Positions 1 to 10,970 of a stretch of DNA of 64,000 nucleotides are shown piece by piece; within the stretch, counting starts at the first letter, position 1, and each line of letters opens with the position of its first letter. This DNA comes from Zygnema circumcarinatum SAG 698-1b. Lineage: Eukaryota > Plantae > Zygnematophyceae. Location: positions 7,603,909-7,667,908 of the forward strand of contig CM074804.1 in NCBI GenBank assembly GCA_037447605.1, given 5' to 3'. The notes beneath the pieces are model-generated. The model ran no database searches, was not told the DNA's origin, and worked only from the letters and a program-made list of their open reading frames with translations. A program made the position numbers and the translations under genes.

Positions 1-2032
1 GTCCGGCCACGGGCAGATTGGAAATGGTTTTGGCTGCCCCAACGGTGAAGCAAACGTCCGCGATTGGTCGTGCGTCGTCCGGGCAGCTGAAGGTTTGGTC
101 CGGGGCAGCCCTAAACTGTTTTCGGCTGCCCTGTCTTCGAAGCAAACGTCCGCGATTGGGTGAGCGTCGGCCGGGCAGCTCAAGTTTGGCTCCGGGCAGC
201 ATTCAAATGGTTTATTCTGCCATCCCAGGGAAATCAATCGTCCGCGATTGGGCGAGCGGCGGCAGGGCAGCTGAAATTCTTTCTGGTCCTCCGTCGCCGC
301 GATTCCGATCAGGGGCAGCCCCCCTACGGCGCGTCCCGTCACGTCGCGCGCACCGTACCGCAGCATTCCCCAACGGCGGTGGCGCCACCTGTCCGTCCTT
401 ACAGTTGTATCCACAGGGGAGATGATGTAGGCGCGCCGCCCGCCATTTTGGGCCACACCTCTCACTTCCGGGCAGCTCGCTGCCAAACTTGAGCTGCCCG
501 GCCGACTCTCGCCCAATCGCGGACGCTTGCTTCACGTATAGGGCAGCCTGTTATACGTTTGGGCTGCCAGGGGGCCTCCCCAAGGCCTCGCCCCGCGGTC
601 CGGGCTGTCATGTCTCCCTCCCTCACCGACCACCTGCTCTGTCTCGCTCTCTCGCTCTCTCCCTTCTCCCCCCTCACAATGGTTGTAACCATTGGCTGGC
701 AACCCAGTCAACCATTGCCAATAACTGCAACCATTGGCCTATTGATCCCCGCCCCTCCCAACCATTGCCAATGGTTTCAACCATTGGCTGGCTATATAGC
801 CAACCATTGCCAAAACTGCAACCATTGGACCATTGATTCCCTCTCCACCCCACCATTGGATCCAATGGTTGGCCGGATCGGCAACCAACGGTTTGCAAAT
901 CGCGACCATTTCAATCGTTGATCCAACTTATGGTCCGTCCAGCCCTTGGCCCGGAATGTGTTCGGCGACCCTTCGCGGACGTCCGCGATTGGGCGAGCGT
1001 CGGCCGGGCAGCTGAAGTCCGGCCACGGGCAGATTGGAAATGGTTTTGGCTGCCCCAACGGTGAAGCAAACGTCCGCGATTGGTCGTGCGTCGTCCGGGC
1101 AGCTGAAGGTTTGGTCCGGGGCAGCCCTAAACTGTTTTCGGCTGCCCTGTCTTCGAAGCAAACGTCCGCGATTGGGTGAGCGTCGGCCGGGCAGCTCAAG
1201 TTTGGCTCCGGGCAGCATTCAAATGGTTTATTCTGCCATCCCAGGGAAATCAATCGTCCGCGATTGGGCGAGCGGCGGCAGGGCAGCTGAAATTCTTTCT
1301 GGTCCTCCGTCGCCGCGATTCCGATCAGGGGCAGCCCCCCTACGGCGCGTCCCGTCACGTCGCGCGCACCGTACCGCAGCATTCCCCAACGGCGGTGGCG
1401 CCACCTGTCCGTCCTTACAGTTGTATCCACAGGGGAGATGATGTAGGCGCGCCGCCCGCCATTTTGGGCCACACCTCTCACTTCCGGGCAGCTCGCTGCC
1501 AAACTTGAGCTGCCCGGCCGACTCTCGCCCAATCGCGGACGCTTGCTTCACGTATAGGGCAGCCTGTTATACGTTTGGGCTGCCGGGGGGCCTCCCCAAG
1601 GCCTCGCCCCGCGGTCCGGGCTGTCATGTTTCCCTCCCTCCCTCACCGACCACCTCGCTCTCGCTCTCTCGCTCTCTCCCTTCTCCCCCCTCACAATGGT
1701 TGTAACCATTGGCTGGCAACCCAGTCAACCATTGCCAATAACTGCAACCATTGGCCTATTGATCCCCGCCCCTCCCAACCATTGCCAATGGTTTCAACCA
1801 TTGGCTGGCTATATAGCCAACCATTGCCAAAACTGCAACCATTGGACCATTGATTCCCTCTCCACCCCACCATTGGATCCAATGGTTGGCCGGATCGGCA
1901 ACCAACGGTTTGCAAATCGCGACCATTTCAATCGTTGATCCAACTTATGGTCCGTCCAGCCCTTGGCCCGGAATGTGTTCGGCGACCCTTCGCGGACGTC
2001 CGCGATTGGGCGAGCGTCGGCCGGGCAGCTGA
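1..2032. repeat. Two near-identical tandem copies of a ~1016-1017-bp composite repeat unit (array probably continues upstream of the window)
   Basis: Sequence at 1 (GTCCGGCCACGGGCAGATTGG) recurs at 1017; identical spurious ORFs are offset by 1016-1017 nt; homology stops abruptly after GGGCAGCTGA at 2032. Each unit has four direct and one inverted copy of a ~35-bp motif CGTCCGCGATTGGGCGAGCGTCGGCCGGGCAGCT and two CCAAT-rich ~92-bp monomers. Confidence 0.97.
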
Positions 2033-2326
2033 GGGCGAATGTACGGATATGTTTCGTACGGTACGAAACGGGGAGGTTCCTTGGCGCAGTTCCGTTCGCA
2101 GCTGGTTGTTCGTCGGTTTTGTCGTGTTCTGTGTCGATGTGGCATGTCCTTATTTGTCGTTCGGACATTCAAAGAAACCCAATGGTGACGTGCCACGTGT
2201 ATACGTATGTCGGCGTGGCGATACGTGATTGGACAGAGGGTCGACTTGAGGGTCTGTTAGCAATGGCGTTTTGTCTCGGCGGAGAGAGAGAGAGAGAGGG
2301 AGAGGGAGCGAGGGCAGAGAGTAGCC

Positions 2327-3709
2327 ATGGCTGCCGCGATGGCGCTGCCAGCTGGCGGTCTGGCGGCTCGACGCCATGCGCCACGTGGCAGTGGGAGGGA
2401 CGTTCTTGCAGCTTCGGCGAATGCGTGGAAGCAGCCGGCACGTTGTATGGGGATGTGTGCGGGGAGGGGCGGTGTGCGGTCCAGGTGAATGAGGGAGAGG
2501 GAGAGGGAGAGGGAGAGGGAGAGGGAAAGGCGGCACTTTACAAAGCGCCGCCTTGCTCGAGGGAGGGAGAGCAGAGACGGGGAACGCTATTGGGCAAGCG
2601 CCAGATGGGGGGAGGGGGTGATGAGAGAGGGGAAGGAGGGGAAAGAGCGAGAGTGTGGGGAGAGAAAGGGAGAGAGGGGAGGAAATGCGAGTTGCCGCGT
2701 GTGCCATGATCTGTGGTTTCTCCTTTTTCCTATGACGTTGCTGTCCGCAAACAAGAAAGAAACGTTAGGAAGAGAGAATATCTCAATTCTGCAATACGTG
2801 AGTCAAAGTTGACAAAGGAAATGTTGCAGTCCTTCAATAAGGTTTGATTCTTGACTAGCGAATGCGAGAGAAAAGGTGAGAGAAGGTGTACGAGGCAGAG
2901 GAGAAGCACGAGGAGGGAGAACACAATGTGACAATAGAAAAGTCCTATGCCAACTTTCTTGGATTTTCTCCTCTCCCTTTTTTTTGGCTCCTGTTTTGGG
3001 GCATTTCAGATTTCATGGAATTCAAGCGGCTGTCAAAGCACCGAACGAGCTGGTAGTCAGTGACGAGCACGAGGATTTGAGGAGCGATCTGAAGGATCGT
3101 CTGTACAAAGACTTGGAAAAAACGAGCGGAAATCTTTCCGATACATCTTTAGAGTTGATCGCGTCCTTGGAAAAGCTGAATCCAACGTCCCAACCGGCGC
3201 TGCTTGCTGAAAAGTACCAGGGAGATTTCATAATGCTGAACAGCACCACTCAGGGAGTCCTTTATAAGGGCGCAATCATAACTCTTGGAAGAGCAACGTT
3301 CAACTCCTTTGAGCCCGTCAAGCTGTCTGTGAGGATGGAGGACGTGTACAACTATGTGGGAGGGGAGGGAGAGTCACATTACAACGTGGAGATACACTTC
3401 ACTGTTGCAGAGGAAGGTAAGCCGCCTTTGGAGGGCAAACTGCTTAACAAAGCAGCATGGGAGAGGGCGAGTTCCGACAGACTCAACATCACCTTCTTAA
3501 GCAGCGCTTTGATGCCAAGGAACCCGGAGAAAGAGCTTGAGCAGTGGCTGGAAGTTTTTAAAGATGTGAATACAGGGATGGGAAACGATGGAGTGCTGGA
3601 GAAGCAACTGCCTGCGTACACCGGTTGGCTCGACTTTGTCTATTTGGACGAGGAACTACGGATCACTCGCGGGAATGCTGGGAGCATAGTCATTGTGAAG
3701 AGGCTGTAA
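2327..3709 (+). CDS. Plastid-targeted PAP/fibrillin-domain protein, 2 exons (2327-2484, 3010-3709)
   Basis: Exon 2 has LEKLNPT..P and the C-terminal fibrillin motif GWLDFVYLDEELRITRGNAGS. Exon 1 (MAAAMALPAGGLAARRH...) is Ala/Arg/Gly-rich like a transit peptide. The donor CCAG|GTGAAT and acceptor TTTCAG|A are phase-compatible (AG+A = Arg). Confidence 0.85.
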
Positions 3710-4554
3710 GGCATGTGCCTTGTGTGATATGCTGTGATTTAGTGTACTCTAATCTGTGAGTTAAGCACTTAAGCACATCCGTGATGTAACGCTGCCACTT
3801 TTGAAACGTGAGGCAAGAAGCTTCGCGGGTTTGAGTTAGAATTGCTTGTGTCACACGTTTTTTTTTTTTTTTGTTTTGACCAGGAAGATGTCCTTTTTGG
3901 TATTTTTATACTGCAGTGTTTTTCAATATTGAATGTTACAAATGTCGAGATCTCTGTAGCCCCTGTGGAGAAGTAGGGGGAATTGGGTTGCCAATCGAGG
4001 CAACAAAAAGTGTTTTTTGGGTAGTGGATAAAGCATTTGGAATCTCTCTCATTGCTGAGTGGCCGACTCCAACTCTGCAATTGTGAGCAGAGGGAACATT
4101 GAAACGAAGACCGAACTGTGCCCACTTCAGAAGCTGTGAAAGGGGAAAAGGCCCAAGTCAAAAACTTAGTCACTTTTTCATGTCACGTGAGCGAGCCCCC
4201 ACATAGAATCTGAGTCTGCACCTACGCAAAATATCAACATATAGCATCTGCCTACCGAGTGGTTTTGACGCATCGTGAGGATCTCTAATGATTCCTATAT
4301 CCGCAAAATCGTATTGTACAGCATTGCAGCCACATGTGATAAATTCTGCATAAGGGGCATGCTCTATCTGCCTACAGAAGAGTTACGTGACTCTATACAA
4401 AAAAAGAAAATGCACCCAATATAAGGAATGGGGATAAATGCTGCAAAATCAGCAGTAGCATATAGACTTGTTAGGGTTGCGCATGAAAAACCTGCTGCCT
4501 ACCATTCTACAGACGCTATCATAGTAAACCAGAAACCTCCTCAGAAATGAAACC

Positions 4555-7500
4555 TCATTTGCCCCCCACAGTCGCACAACCTTTCCTCGTCCTAAGCTCC
4601 ATCCCTCCCACGCGCCTCCCTCTGCACTCCCGCTTTGCAGGCCTGCCTTCCAATTCGTCTGAGTGCTGACTCTCAGCCTGGCCAGCCTCTGCAGTCCGAA
4701 TCTTCTCAGAATTTCCTTTCAATTCATCTGCCTTCTGACTTTTCCTCGTGGTTTTAGATGATTCGCCAGAGCCACCTGCACCCCCTTGAGCAGAGCTAGT
4801 GGCCCTCCCGATTTTCCGCCCTTGTCTCTGGCATGTACTTCCTGTTCCTTCTACGCCATTGACTGTCAGGAAAGGCAAGCAAAGCACAAAGTCTTCTTCC
4901 TCCTCTGGCGGCACCCGCGCATTGGAAGTACTCAACAGTGATGCAGAAATGTCTAATCCGGCCCCTCCCTGCTCAGCCGACTCAAACGGCAGGTCTGCCA
5001 CCTTCACTTGCTTTGCTCTCTCATCTCCTCTGCAAGGGCCCATGGTCGACTCCGGTCTCTTTCCTTCAACCTGTCTAAGATTCTTTTCTGTGAGCTCATT
5101 TCTGTCAGCCTTCGAAGACCCCCTTCGCTTACTTTCTACTTTATTGTCTGCAAAGCGCTGCGGTCTTTTTCTCTCTCTTGCTCCACTTCTTGCTCGCATT
5201 GCAGGGCAGTCATCTAGAATCGCATCCGCTGCCTTTGACAAGTTCCTCTTCAAACAAGCAGGCTCCCCCCCAACATGAGATTGGCTTCCAGACATCATTG
5301 TGATTTGAACCGCTTGAGCCTTCTCCACCTCAATCTCTCCAGTTTCGCCCTTCTCCAGTTGCTTCACCTCTGCAAGACCTTGTTCAGCATACCCCTGGTC
5401 ACAAGATGTCATGCAACCAGTTGGTTTGACTGACGCAGCAACATTTGACTCAACTTTTCGGTTATGTGACCTTCTTCCATAAACTCTCATAACTGGAATC
5501 TCAACCTCACCCCCAGGCAGAGCAGTTGGACTCAAGTTTTCAGCAGCGTTGTTGTTGGAGGTCCACGAACACAGAGACCCCGGATCACACTCTTGAAGAG
5601 ATGTCAGTTCTTGCTCAGACTTCTTCGTAGTTCGTGACAAACCTGACATGGTTTCAGATCCAAGAATATCCGGCAGGCATGGATGGTCTTCTAATTTTCT
5701 CTCAAATCCTGAAGACGGATTCAATGACTGGGCCTCTTCACCGTACTCCACCAATCTGTTGGCGGATAAAGTATTCAGCTCAACTGCTTGCTCAGATGAA
5801 TTGACCAACTGACGGAGGTCTCCACGATGCTCGTCTTCGCCTCCCAACTTCCAGTTTGGTGCAATCCCTTCATTACCCCCTTCATCCATCCCGTTGCCAC
5901 AATTAACCCCATTGAGCTTGTTACCTTCCACCGTGTTCCCCCAATTCAGCGCAGTCCCTCCCTGTACCGTTCTCCAGCTCTCAAGTCCAACGCTAACTAT
6001 AACAGTATTCACGCTCTCAGCGGCATCACCACCTTCTGCAATTGTTAGAGCTTTGAATGCACTTCCATCTCCACTCCTGCTCTCAGCTGCGTTGCCACCT
6101 TCTGCAATAGCTATAACCATGTCTCTAGCTTCATTCCCATCTCCTCTCATGTTCCCGCTGACTGGTGCATCTCCACCCTCTACCTCATTCCTGCTCTCAA
6201 GTGCATGTCCTCCTTCTACCATATACCTGCTCTCTGGTGCACCGTCAGATTCTAACAAATTCACACGTTCAGGTGGACTCCCGCCCTCTACGGTAGTCCC
6301 ACTCTCAGGTGCAGCCCCACCTCCTATTGTGTTCGCACTCTCGGACGCACTCCCATCACATATCATGTTCTCATTTTCAAGTATACTTCCACCTTCTATC
6401 AGAAACCCACTCTTTAGTGCCCCGCCATCTTTAACCGTATTATTGCTCTGGGGAACATTCCGACTTTCAATGATGTTTCGGCTCTCTAATCCAGCCACAA
6501 CTTCTACACTGTTTCCGTTCCCTACTGCGATCCCATCTTGCATTGCATTTCCGCTCCCAAATTCTCTCTCACGTTCGATAGTCGCTTGCTTGGGTGCGAT
6601 CCCATCATCAATAGTGTTTCTGTCCGCAAGTGATACCCTGACTTCTAAGCCATTCCCATGCTCAGATGCACTCCCACCTATCAAATTCGTTCTCTTGGGC
6701 ACACCGCGGCATTCAACCACGTCCATGACTTCCGGTGCAGTCCCACCTCCTGCAGAATTCCAGCTATCAGGTGCACAAATACCTGCGGTAGTCGCAATCT
6801 CAGGTACAATTCCACCTTCTACCGTATCCCCACCTTCAAGAGCCCTCCCATCTTCACCTGAATGCCTGATCTCTGGTGCACTTGTGCCCCCAATCGTAGT
6901 ACCACTATCCAAAGGGAATCTACAGGTCTCCTCCTGGATGTCCCCCAAATTGCAAGCTTCACCTTCTAAGCCACTGTCAGACACAGCTGTGGACGGATAC
7001 ACCCAGGTCACGACTACACCAGTGTCAACAGCACCCTTGACAACACTCTGAGTTGAAGAATCGGCAGATTGAAAACTTCCAGGTGCATGAAACACTTTTG
7101 CAAAAGAAAACCTGTTCTCCTTCATAGGCTTTCTACCTCCCCAGCCAGGAGCGAAATACGGAATTGCCATACGATCACGAGGAGAGTATTTCATTTCCCC
7201 TTCAATGCCTTCCTCTGCTTCGAAATCTTCAACCTCTTTATTATGCTCCCATCTCTGCCACGTTAGACCTCTAGTACGAGCGCTACCATCCTCCATATCA
7301 AGACTCCAAAACTCCCCTCCCAAACTTCTTAAGTCTCTGCCATTATGTATGAGCAGCTCTGTCTGTGGAAAACTATTTGGCTCTTGCACTATGGTCAATG
7401 CAGATTTCTCGCTCTGAGAAAGTGTGGTTGCCTCCTCCTTTGTTAACACAGATCCCTCACATACAGACATCCTAATAGCATCACTCTCCAAAGTCTTCAA

Positions 7501-10500
7501 CCGTTCTGCCTGCACAACCTCCACTTCAACTCCAGGCCTTCTCAGCTTATCAACAGACAGAAGTGACTGTAGCCACTGCTGCTTTACTGAACCAACATCT
7601 GTGCCCAATGCCTGTGTCTGCCCTAGCACAGTCCTTTCGGGTTGACTTGCCACCTCCATCACTTTTGTTGAAGTCTCCGGACCAGCCTCCAACAGTTCTA
7701 TCCTGGAAATTCTGAACTCTGAACTTTCAGATACGTGCAGTTCAGAAGATTCGCGTTCTGCTGGAGAGTGTTCCTCTACAACTCTCTCCACAGCAACGCA
7801 CTCCACGGCATTGGAGGTCACGCATGGCAACTCCATCGTTCCATTCAGACCCTGATACACCTTCTTTACTGGCAGCAATCTCCCATGGGAGCTCCTACGC
7901 GCATGCCTCCCAGACGATCGCTTGACGCTAAGCCTTTGTGATCTACGAGTGGGTAGCATTTCCCCCGGATCTGGAGGCTTCGGCCTGTATAAACTTCCTA
8001 ATCTACCTCCACCCTTTATCTCAGAAGCCTTGTCCTCCTTCACCCTGGACAAACCGAGCACTTTCCTTGCACCATTGTGTACCGAGGATGGCGTTCCCGA
8101 GGCTGATGCAAAAGAAGGTCCGATCCCAGCCGGCCCCGCCCTTCCCCAGTGCTGCTTTGTTCCAGCTAGTAGGCCATAACCTTCGTCCATTTTCGTCGCA
8201 CACATCTCTCCTGCTTCCAAACCAGAAACCCGTTCTCCACATCCTCCGGAGCTTTGGGTGTTGTAGTTACTGGAGTTAGCTTTGACGCCTTCGCCATATG
8301 CATCACCTCCTTCCAAGCGACAAACATTTAGAATTCTATCAGCTAGGTCGTCTCCAGTACTTCGCCAAAAGCCTAATCCTGCAGAGGGAACAAGTGCAGG
8401 AGTTATAGGCGTGGCTGCAAGCCCCAAAGCCTCCGCTTCATCTTCCAATATTTCCATCACAAGTTCGTGACTTCCTCCGTCTTCTTCTGAAGATATAGCC
8501 CTTCTCGCGATACGTTTCCGGGCTCTGGATGAAGGGCCAGATCCATTACGTCGTTTCGACGACTTGCTGCGACAATTGACTGGAGAACGAGACACACGAT
8601 GGCTAGTTTGTCTATCCAATTTGTCTTCACTTTGCCTTAGATTCCAACTAAGAAGAGGAGAAGGAAAAACAGTGGGCGTAACGGGAATGAATGTATCAGC
8701 AGGCAAGTCCGAACTCAACTGCTCGCCACATTTGACAAAAGGCCGAATTTTCATCAAAATCGATCCACTGGATTTCCAATGCTCAAGCTCATTGTTGTGC
8801 TCGAAGTTATCCCTGCCGGAAGCACTACCGAGCCCCCTAAAAGGCTTGTCTATGAACTCGTCTCCACCGTAGATGCAGAGTTCCCTTTCACCCCTTATGC
8901 TTTTTTCACCGTGATAGTTATTCGCGAGCTCATTCATTCCTGCAGACACCCTTGGTGTCGAAACTGTGACGACGCCATCTCCCCAGCCTAACTCTCTATA
9001 ATCCTGCAGGGGCTCTGTGACATGGAATCCATCTAACACCTGCCTAGAGCTGTTCTGTTGTCCTTCTGACGAACTGCTGACCGCATGCGAGTATTTTCCA
9101 AGGTTCAGAATGGTAAGATTGTCAGGCGATAATTCTCCAAAGGAACTATCTACATGTCCCCCTTCCTTGTCCATGCCTCTTGAGAATCCACAGCTTTCAA
9201 CAAGCAATGCATAGTCTTCGTATTCAGCAACATTGCTCACCTCCCCTTGCAGATCAGCATCAGAATTGCTGATCTCAGTGTCTGCCTGCACAGCCTCCTT
9301 CCACCAATTATCACCCAAGTCCTCTTCACACTTCTGCGTCATCTGCATGCTGTGAGTAGTCCTTCCATTGGTTAAACCAGCTGGTTGCTGCAAACATGCT
9401 CCTGTTATTGGTGCAGCATGACCTTCCAAATGCCCAGATTCCTCCTCTCCTCCCTCAACAGAAACTCCATCCAAAAGAGGGCACATGCCCATGTCCACCT
9501 TCTTCCAGTCCAAAAGCCCTTCGTCTGTTGAGCTTGCCCACCAGTCAGGCTCATGGCTCAGCGAGCAAGGAGAACCTGCCTCCTGATCGAGTACACAACT
9601 AGAGTTGTTCCCATCAACTAGCCCCGAGTGGACAGGCAAACCATCTACAGGCAGCGTGCTCGCCTCCTCCCCCCCCATTCTCATCAAATGTTCTGAGACG
9701 AACTGTTCATCATCTTCCATAGGCCCCAGCCCTTCTGTATCATCTGCAATTGCTCCAAAACCAGTCAGCCGGGTCCCGTCTTCATCACTGCTAGGCAGTG
9801 ATTTGTGCATATTCCTCAATTCCAGCTCACCGACACAAGACGTTTCTTGCCCCTCATTCTCCTGCCCGCCTGGAATCCAATCCCCGTTGGAATCGCCTTG
9901 ACCTCCAAAAGACGAACCGTCCCTGCTCACTTGGTCAAACGCTTCCCCCAAACACCCCATTCCTTCTCCCATTTGAGGTTCAAGCATAATCAATTCGGAA
10001 TAGCGAGATTGCAAGGGCGTGCCAGAGTTGTCAACATCGACTACAATACAAGAGTCTTGCAACCCCAGTGGTCCTTCGCTATCTCCTCTACGTTCAAGCT
10101 CCAAGCAATCACCACTGAGAAGACCTTCAGCGCTAGTTGGCTTCCTCCCCATAAGAATCGAGTCATCGAGCTTATCCTGAGTTTCAGCTCCTGGACACCC
10201 TTCCCATGCCTGCACTCCCTGAAAGATCCTCCGGTTCCCCTGCCCGAAAATTTGCAATTCGCAACCACTATCACCCCTACACATTGATGCATGGAAATAC
10301 TTTCCGTCAACGAGGTCACCTCTAGGACCTACCTCTCTTGATCCTTGAAAGCCAGCCTGGAGTTCCTTTCTAACACTCAAATGATCTTCTTTACCAAGTG
10401 CTTCCACACAACTTCCATTGGACAATTCATTTCCGTCATCTTCCACGCGCTCCTTCCTGGCCAACTTCACATCTCCATACTTAGATTCACCGTCTGAAAC

Positions 10501-10674
10501 ATCTGCAGCCTCTTTGCAGCCTCTACTACTCGCATGAACCTCCTCCTTCAAGATTGGACGACGCAGCCCCATGTTCTCTGTGATTTCTCCACGACTTGAG
10601 ATGACATTACTTGAAACTTCTGCTCTGTCAGTTAAGCCGTAATTCCCGCAAGTGAAGCTGCTTGTAGACTCCAA
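4555..10674 (-). CDS. Very large (>=2039 codon) uninterrupted exon encoding an acidic, Ser/Gly/Glu-rich, probably disordered protein of unknown function; true start or upstream exon unresolved
   Basis: 6.1-kb stop-free frame (open back to a TGA at 10708-10710), with candidate splice acceptors near 10690-10705 and no recognisable globular domain. Contains a degenerate 12-residue repeat and basic NLS-like patches. Confidence 0.75.
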   Translation of the reverse strand: MESTSSFTCGNYGLTDRAEVSSNVISSRGEITENMGLRRPILKEEVHASSRGCKEAADVSDGESKYGDVKLARKERVEDDGNELSNGSCVEALGKEDHLSVRKELQAGFQGSREVGPRGDLVDGKYFHASMCRGDSGCELQIFGQGNRRIFQGVQAWEGCPGAETQDKLDDSILMGRKPTSAEGLLSGDCLELERRGDSEGPLGLQDSCIVVDVDNSGTPLQSRYSELIMLEPQMGEGMGCLGEAFDQVSRDGSSFGGQGDSNGDWIPGGQENEGQETSCVGELELRNMHKSLPSSDEDGTRLTGFGAIADDTEGLGPMEDDEQFVSEHLMRMGGEEASTLPVDGLPVHSGLVDGNNSSCVLDQEAGSPCSLSHEPDWWASSTDEGLLDWKKVDMGMCPLLDGVSVEGGEEESGHLEGHAAPITGACLQQPAGLTNGRTTHSMQMTQKCEEDLGDNWWKEAVQADTEISNSDADLQGEVSNVAEYEDYALLVESCGFSRGMDKEGGHVDSSFGELSPDNLTILNLGKYSHAVSSSSEGQQNSSRQVLDGFHVTEPLQDYRELGWGDGVVTVSTPRVSAGMNELANNYHGEKSIRGERELCIYGGDEFIDKPFRGLGSASGRDNFEHNNELEHWKSSGSILMKIRPFVKCGEQLSSDLPADTFIPVTPTVFPSPLLSWNLRQSEDKLDRQTSHRVSRSPVNCRSKSSKRRNGSGPSSRARKRIARRAISSEEDGGSHELVMEILEDEAEALGLAATPITPALVPSAGLGFWRSTGDDLADRILNVCRLEGGDAYGEGVKANSSNYNTQSSGGCGERVSGLEAGEMCATKMDEGYGLLAGTKQHWGRAGPAGIGPSFASASGTPSSVHNGARKVLGLSRVKEDKASEIKGGGRLGSLYRPKPPDPGEMLPTRRSQRLSVKRSSGRHARRSSHGRLLPVKKVYQGLNGTMELPCVTSNAVECVAVERVVEEHSPAERESSELHVSESSEFRISRIELLEAGPETSTKVMEVASQPERTVLGQTQALGTDVGSVKQQWLQSLLSVDKLRRPGVEVEVVQAERLKTLESDAIRMSVCEGSVLTKEEATTLSQSEKSALTIVQEPNSFPQTELLIHNGRDLRSLGGEFWSLDMEDGSARTRGLTWQRWEHNKEVEDFEAEEGIEGEMKYSPRDRMAIPYFAPGWGGRKPMKENRFSFAKVFHAPGSFQSADSSTQSVVKGAVDTGVVVTWVYPSTAVSDSGLEGEACNLGDIQEETCRFPLDSGTTIGGTSAPEIRHSGEDGRALEGGDTVEGGIVPEIATTAGICAPDSWNSAGGGTAPEVMDVVECRGVPKRTNLIGGSASEHGNGLEVRVSLADRNTIDDGIAPKQATIEREREFGSGNAMQDGIAVGNGNSVEVVAGLESRNIIESRNVPQSNNTVKDGGALKSGFLIEGGSILENENMICDGSASESANTIGGGAAPESGTTVEGGSPPERVNLLESDGAPESRYMVEGGHALESRNEVEGGDAPVSGNMRGDGNEARDMVIAIAEGGNAAESRSGDGSAFKALTIAEGGDAAESVNTVIVSVGLESWRTVQGGTALNWGNTVEGNKLNGVNCGNGMDEGGNEGIAPNWKLGGEDEHRGDLRQLVNSSEQAVELNTLSANRLVEYGEEAQSLNPSSGFERKLEDHPCLPDILGSETMSGLSRTTKKSEQELTSLQECDPGSLCSWTSNNNAAENLSPTALPGGEVEIPVMRVYGRRSHNRKVESNVAASVKPTGCMTSCDQGYAEQGLAEVKQLEKGETGEIEVEKAQAVQITMMSGSQSHVGGEPACLKRNLSKAADAILDDCPAMRARSGARERKRPQRFADNKVESKRRGSSKADRNELTEKNLRQVEGKRPESTMGPCRGDERAKQVKVADLPFESAEQGGAGLDISASLLSTSNARVPPEEEEDFVLCLPFLTVNGVEGTGSTCQRQGRKIGRATSSAQGGAGGSGESSKTTRKSQKADELKGNSEKIRTAEAGQAESQHSDELEGRPAKRECRGRRVGGMELRTRKGCATVGGK

Positions 10675-10970
10675 AATATCATTGCATCCCTGCCAGTTGC
10701 AGTGCTGTCAATTTTGATTTAAAGACAATCGTTCTTTAGTTCAACATCAGATAGTTGGCGGCTTTGAACAGCAGCCTCTGCAACAAAGCCTCAAGCCTGC
10801 CAGCAGGCAGCCTCTCAGCCCCTGCAGCCTCCCTCATGTCCGCAGCACCTCACCCCTCCTCTCCTCCCTGCGCCCTCTCACTCACTCACTGACTGTGCCG
10901 CCATTTGGCGGTGCCGTGTCGCAGCCGCTGCAGAGGGATATTTTTGTGGACACGAGGTGACGGAAACAGA

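Noticed and set aside
55-1105. CRISPR-like appearance of the ~35-bp motif with ~57-bp intervals
   Set aside because: The intervals are related to each other and repeat verbatim between units, there are no cas genes, and the context is spliceosomal eukaryotic DNA.
1-2032. ORFs of 100-317 codons in the composite repeats (also 57.6-60.7 kb and 41.2-42.0 kb)
   Set aside because: They overlap in all frames, have Trp/Cys/His-rich repeat-derived composition and no transposase or other domain; they are by-products of stop-poor repeat DNA.
5894-7051. 385-codon antisense ORF over the 12-residue repeat
   Set aside because: It is the in-register mirror of the real minus-strand frame, explained by codon composition; no independent start context or homology.
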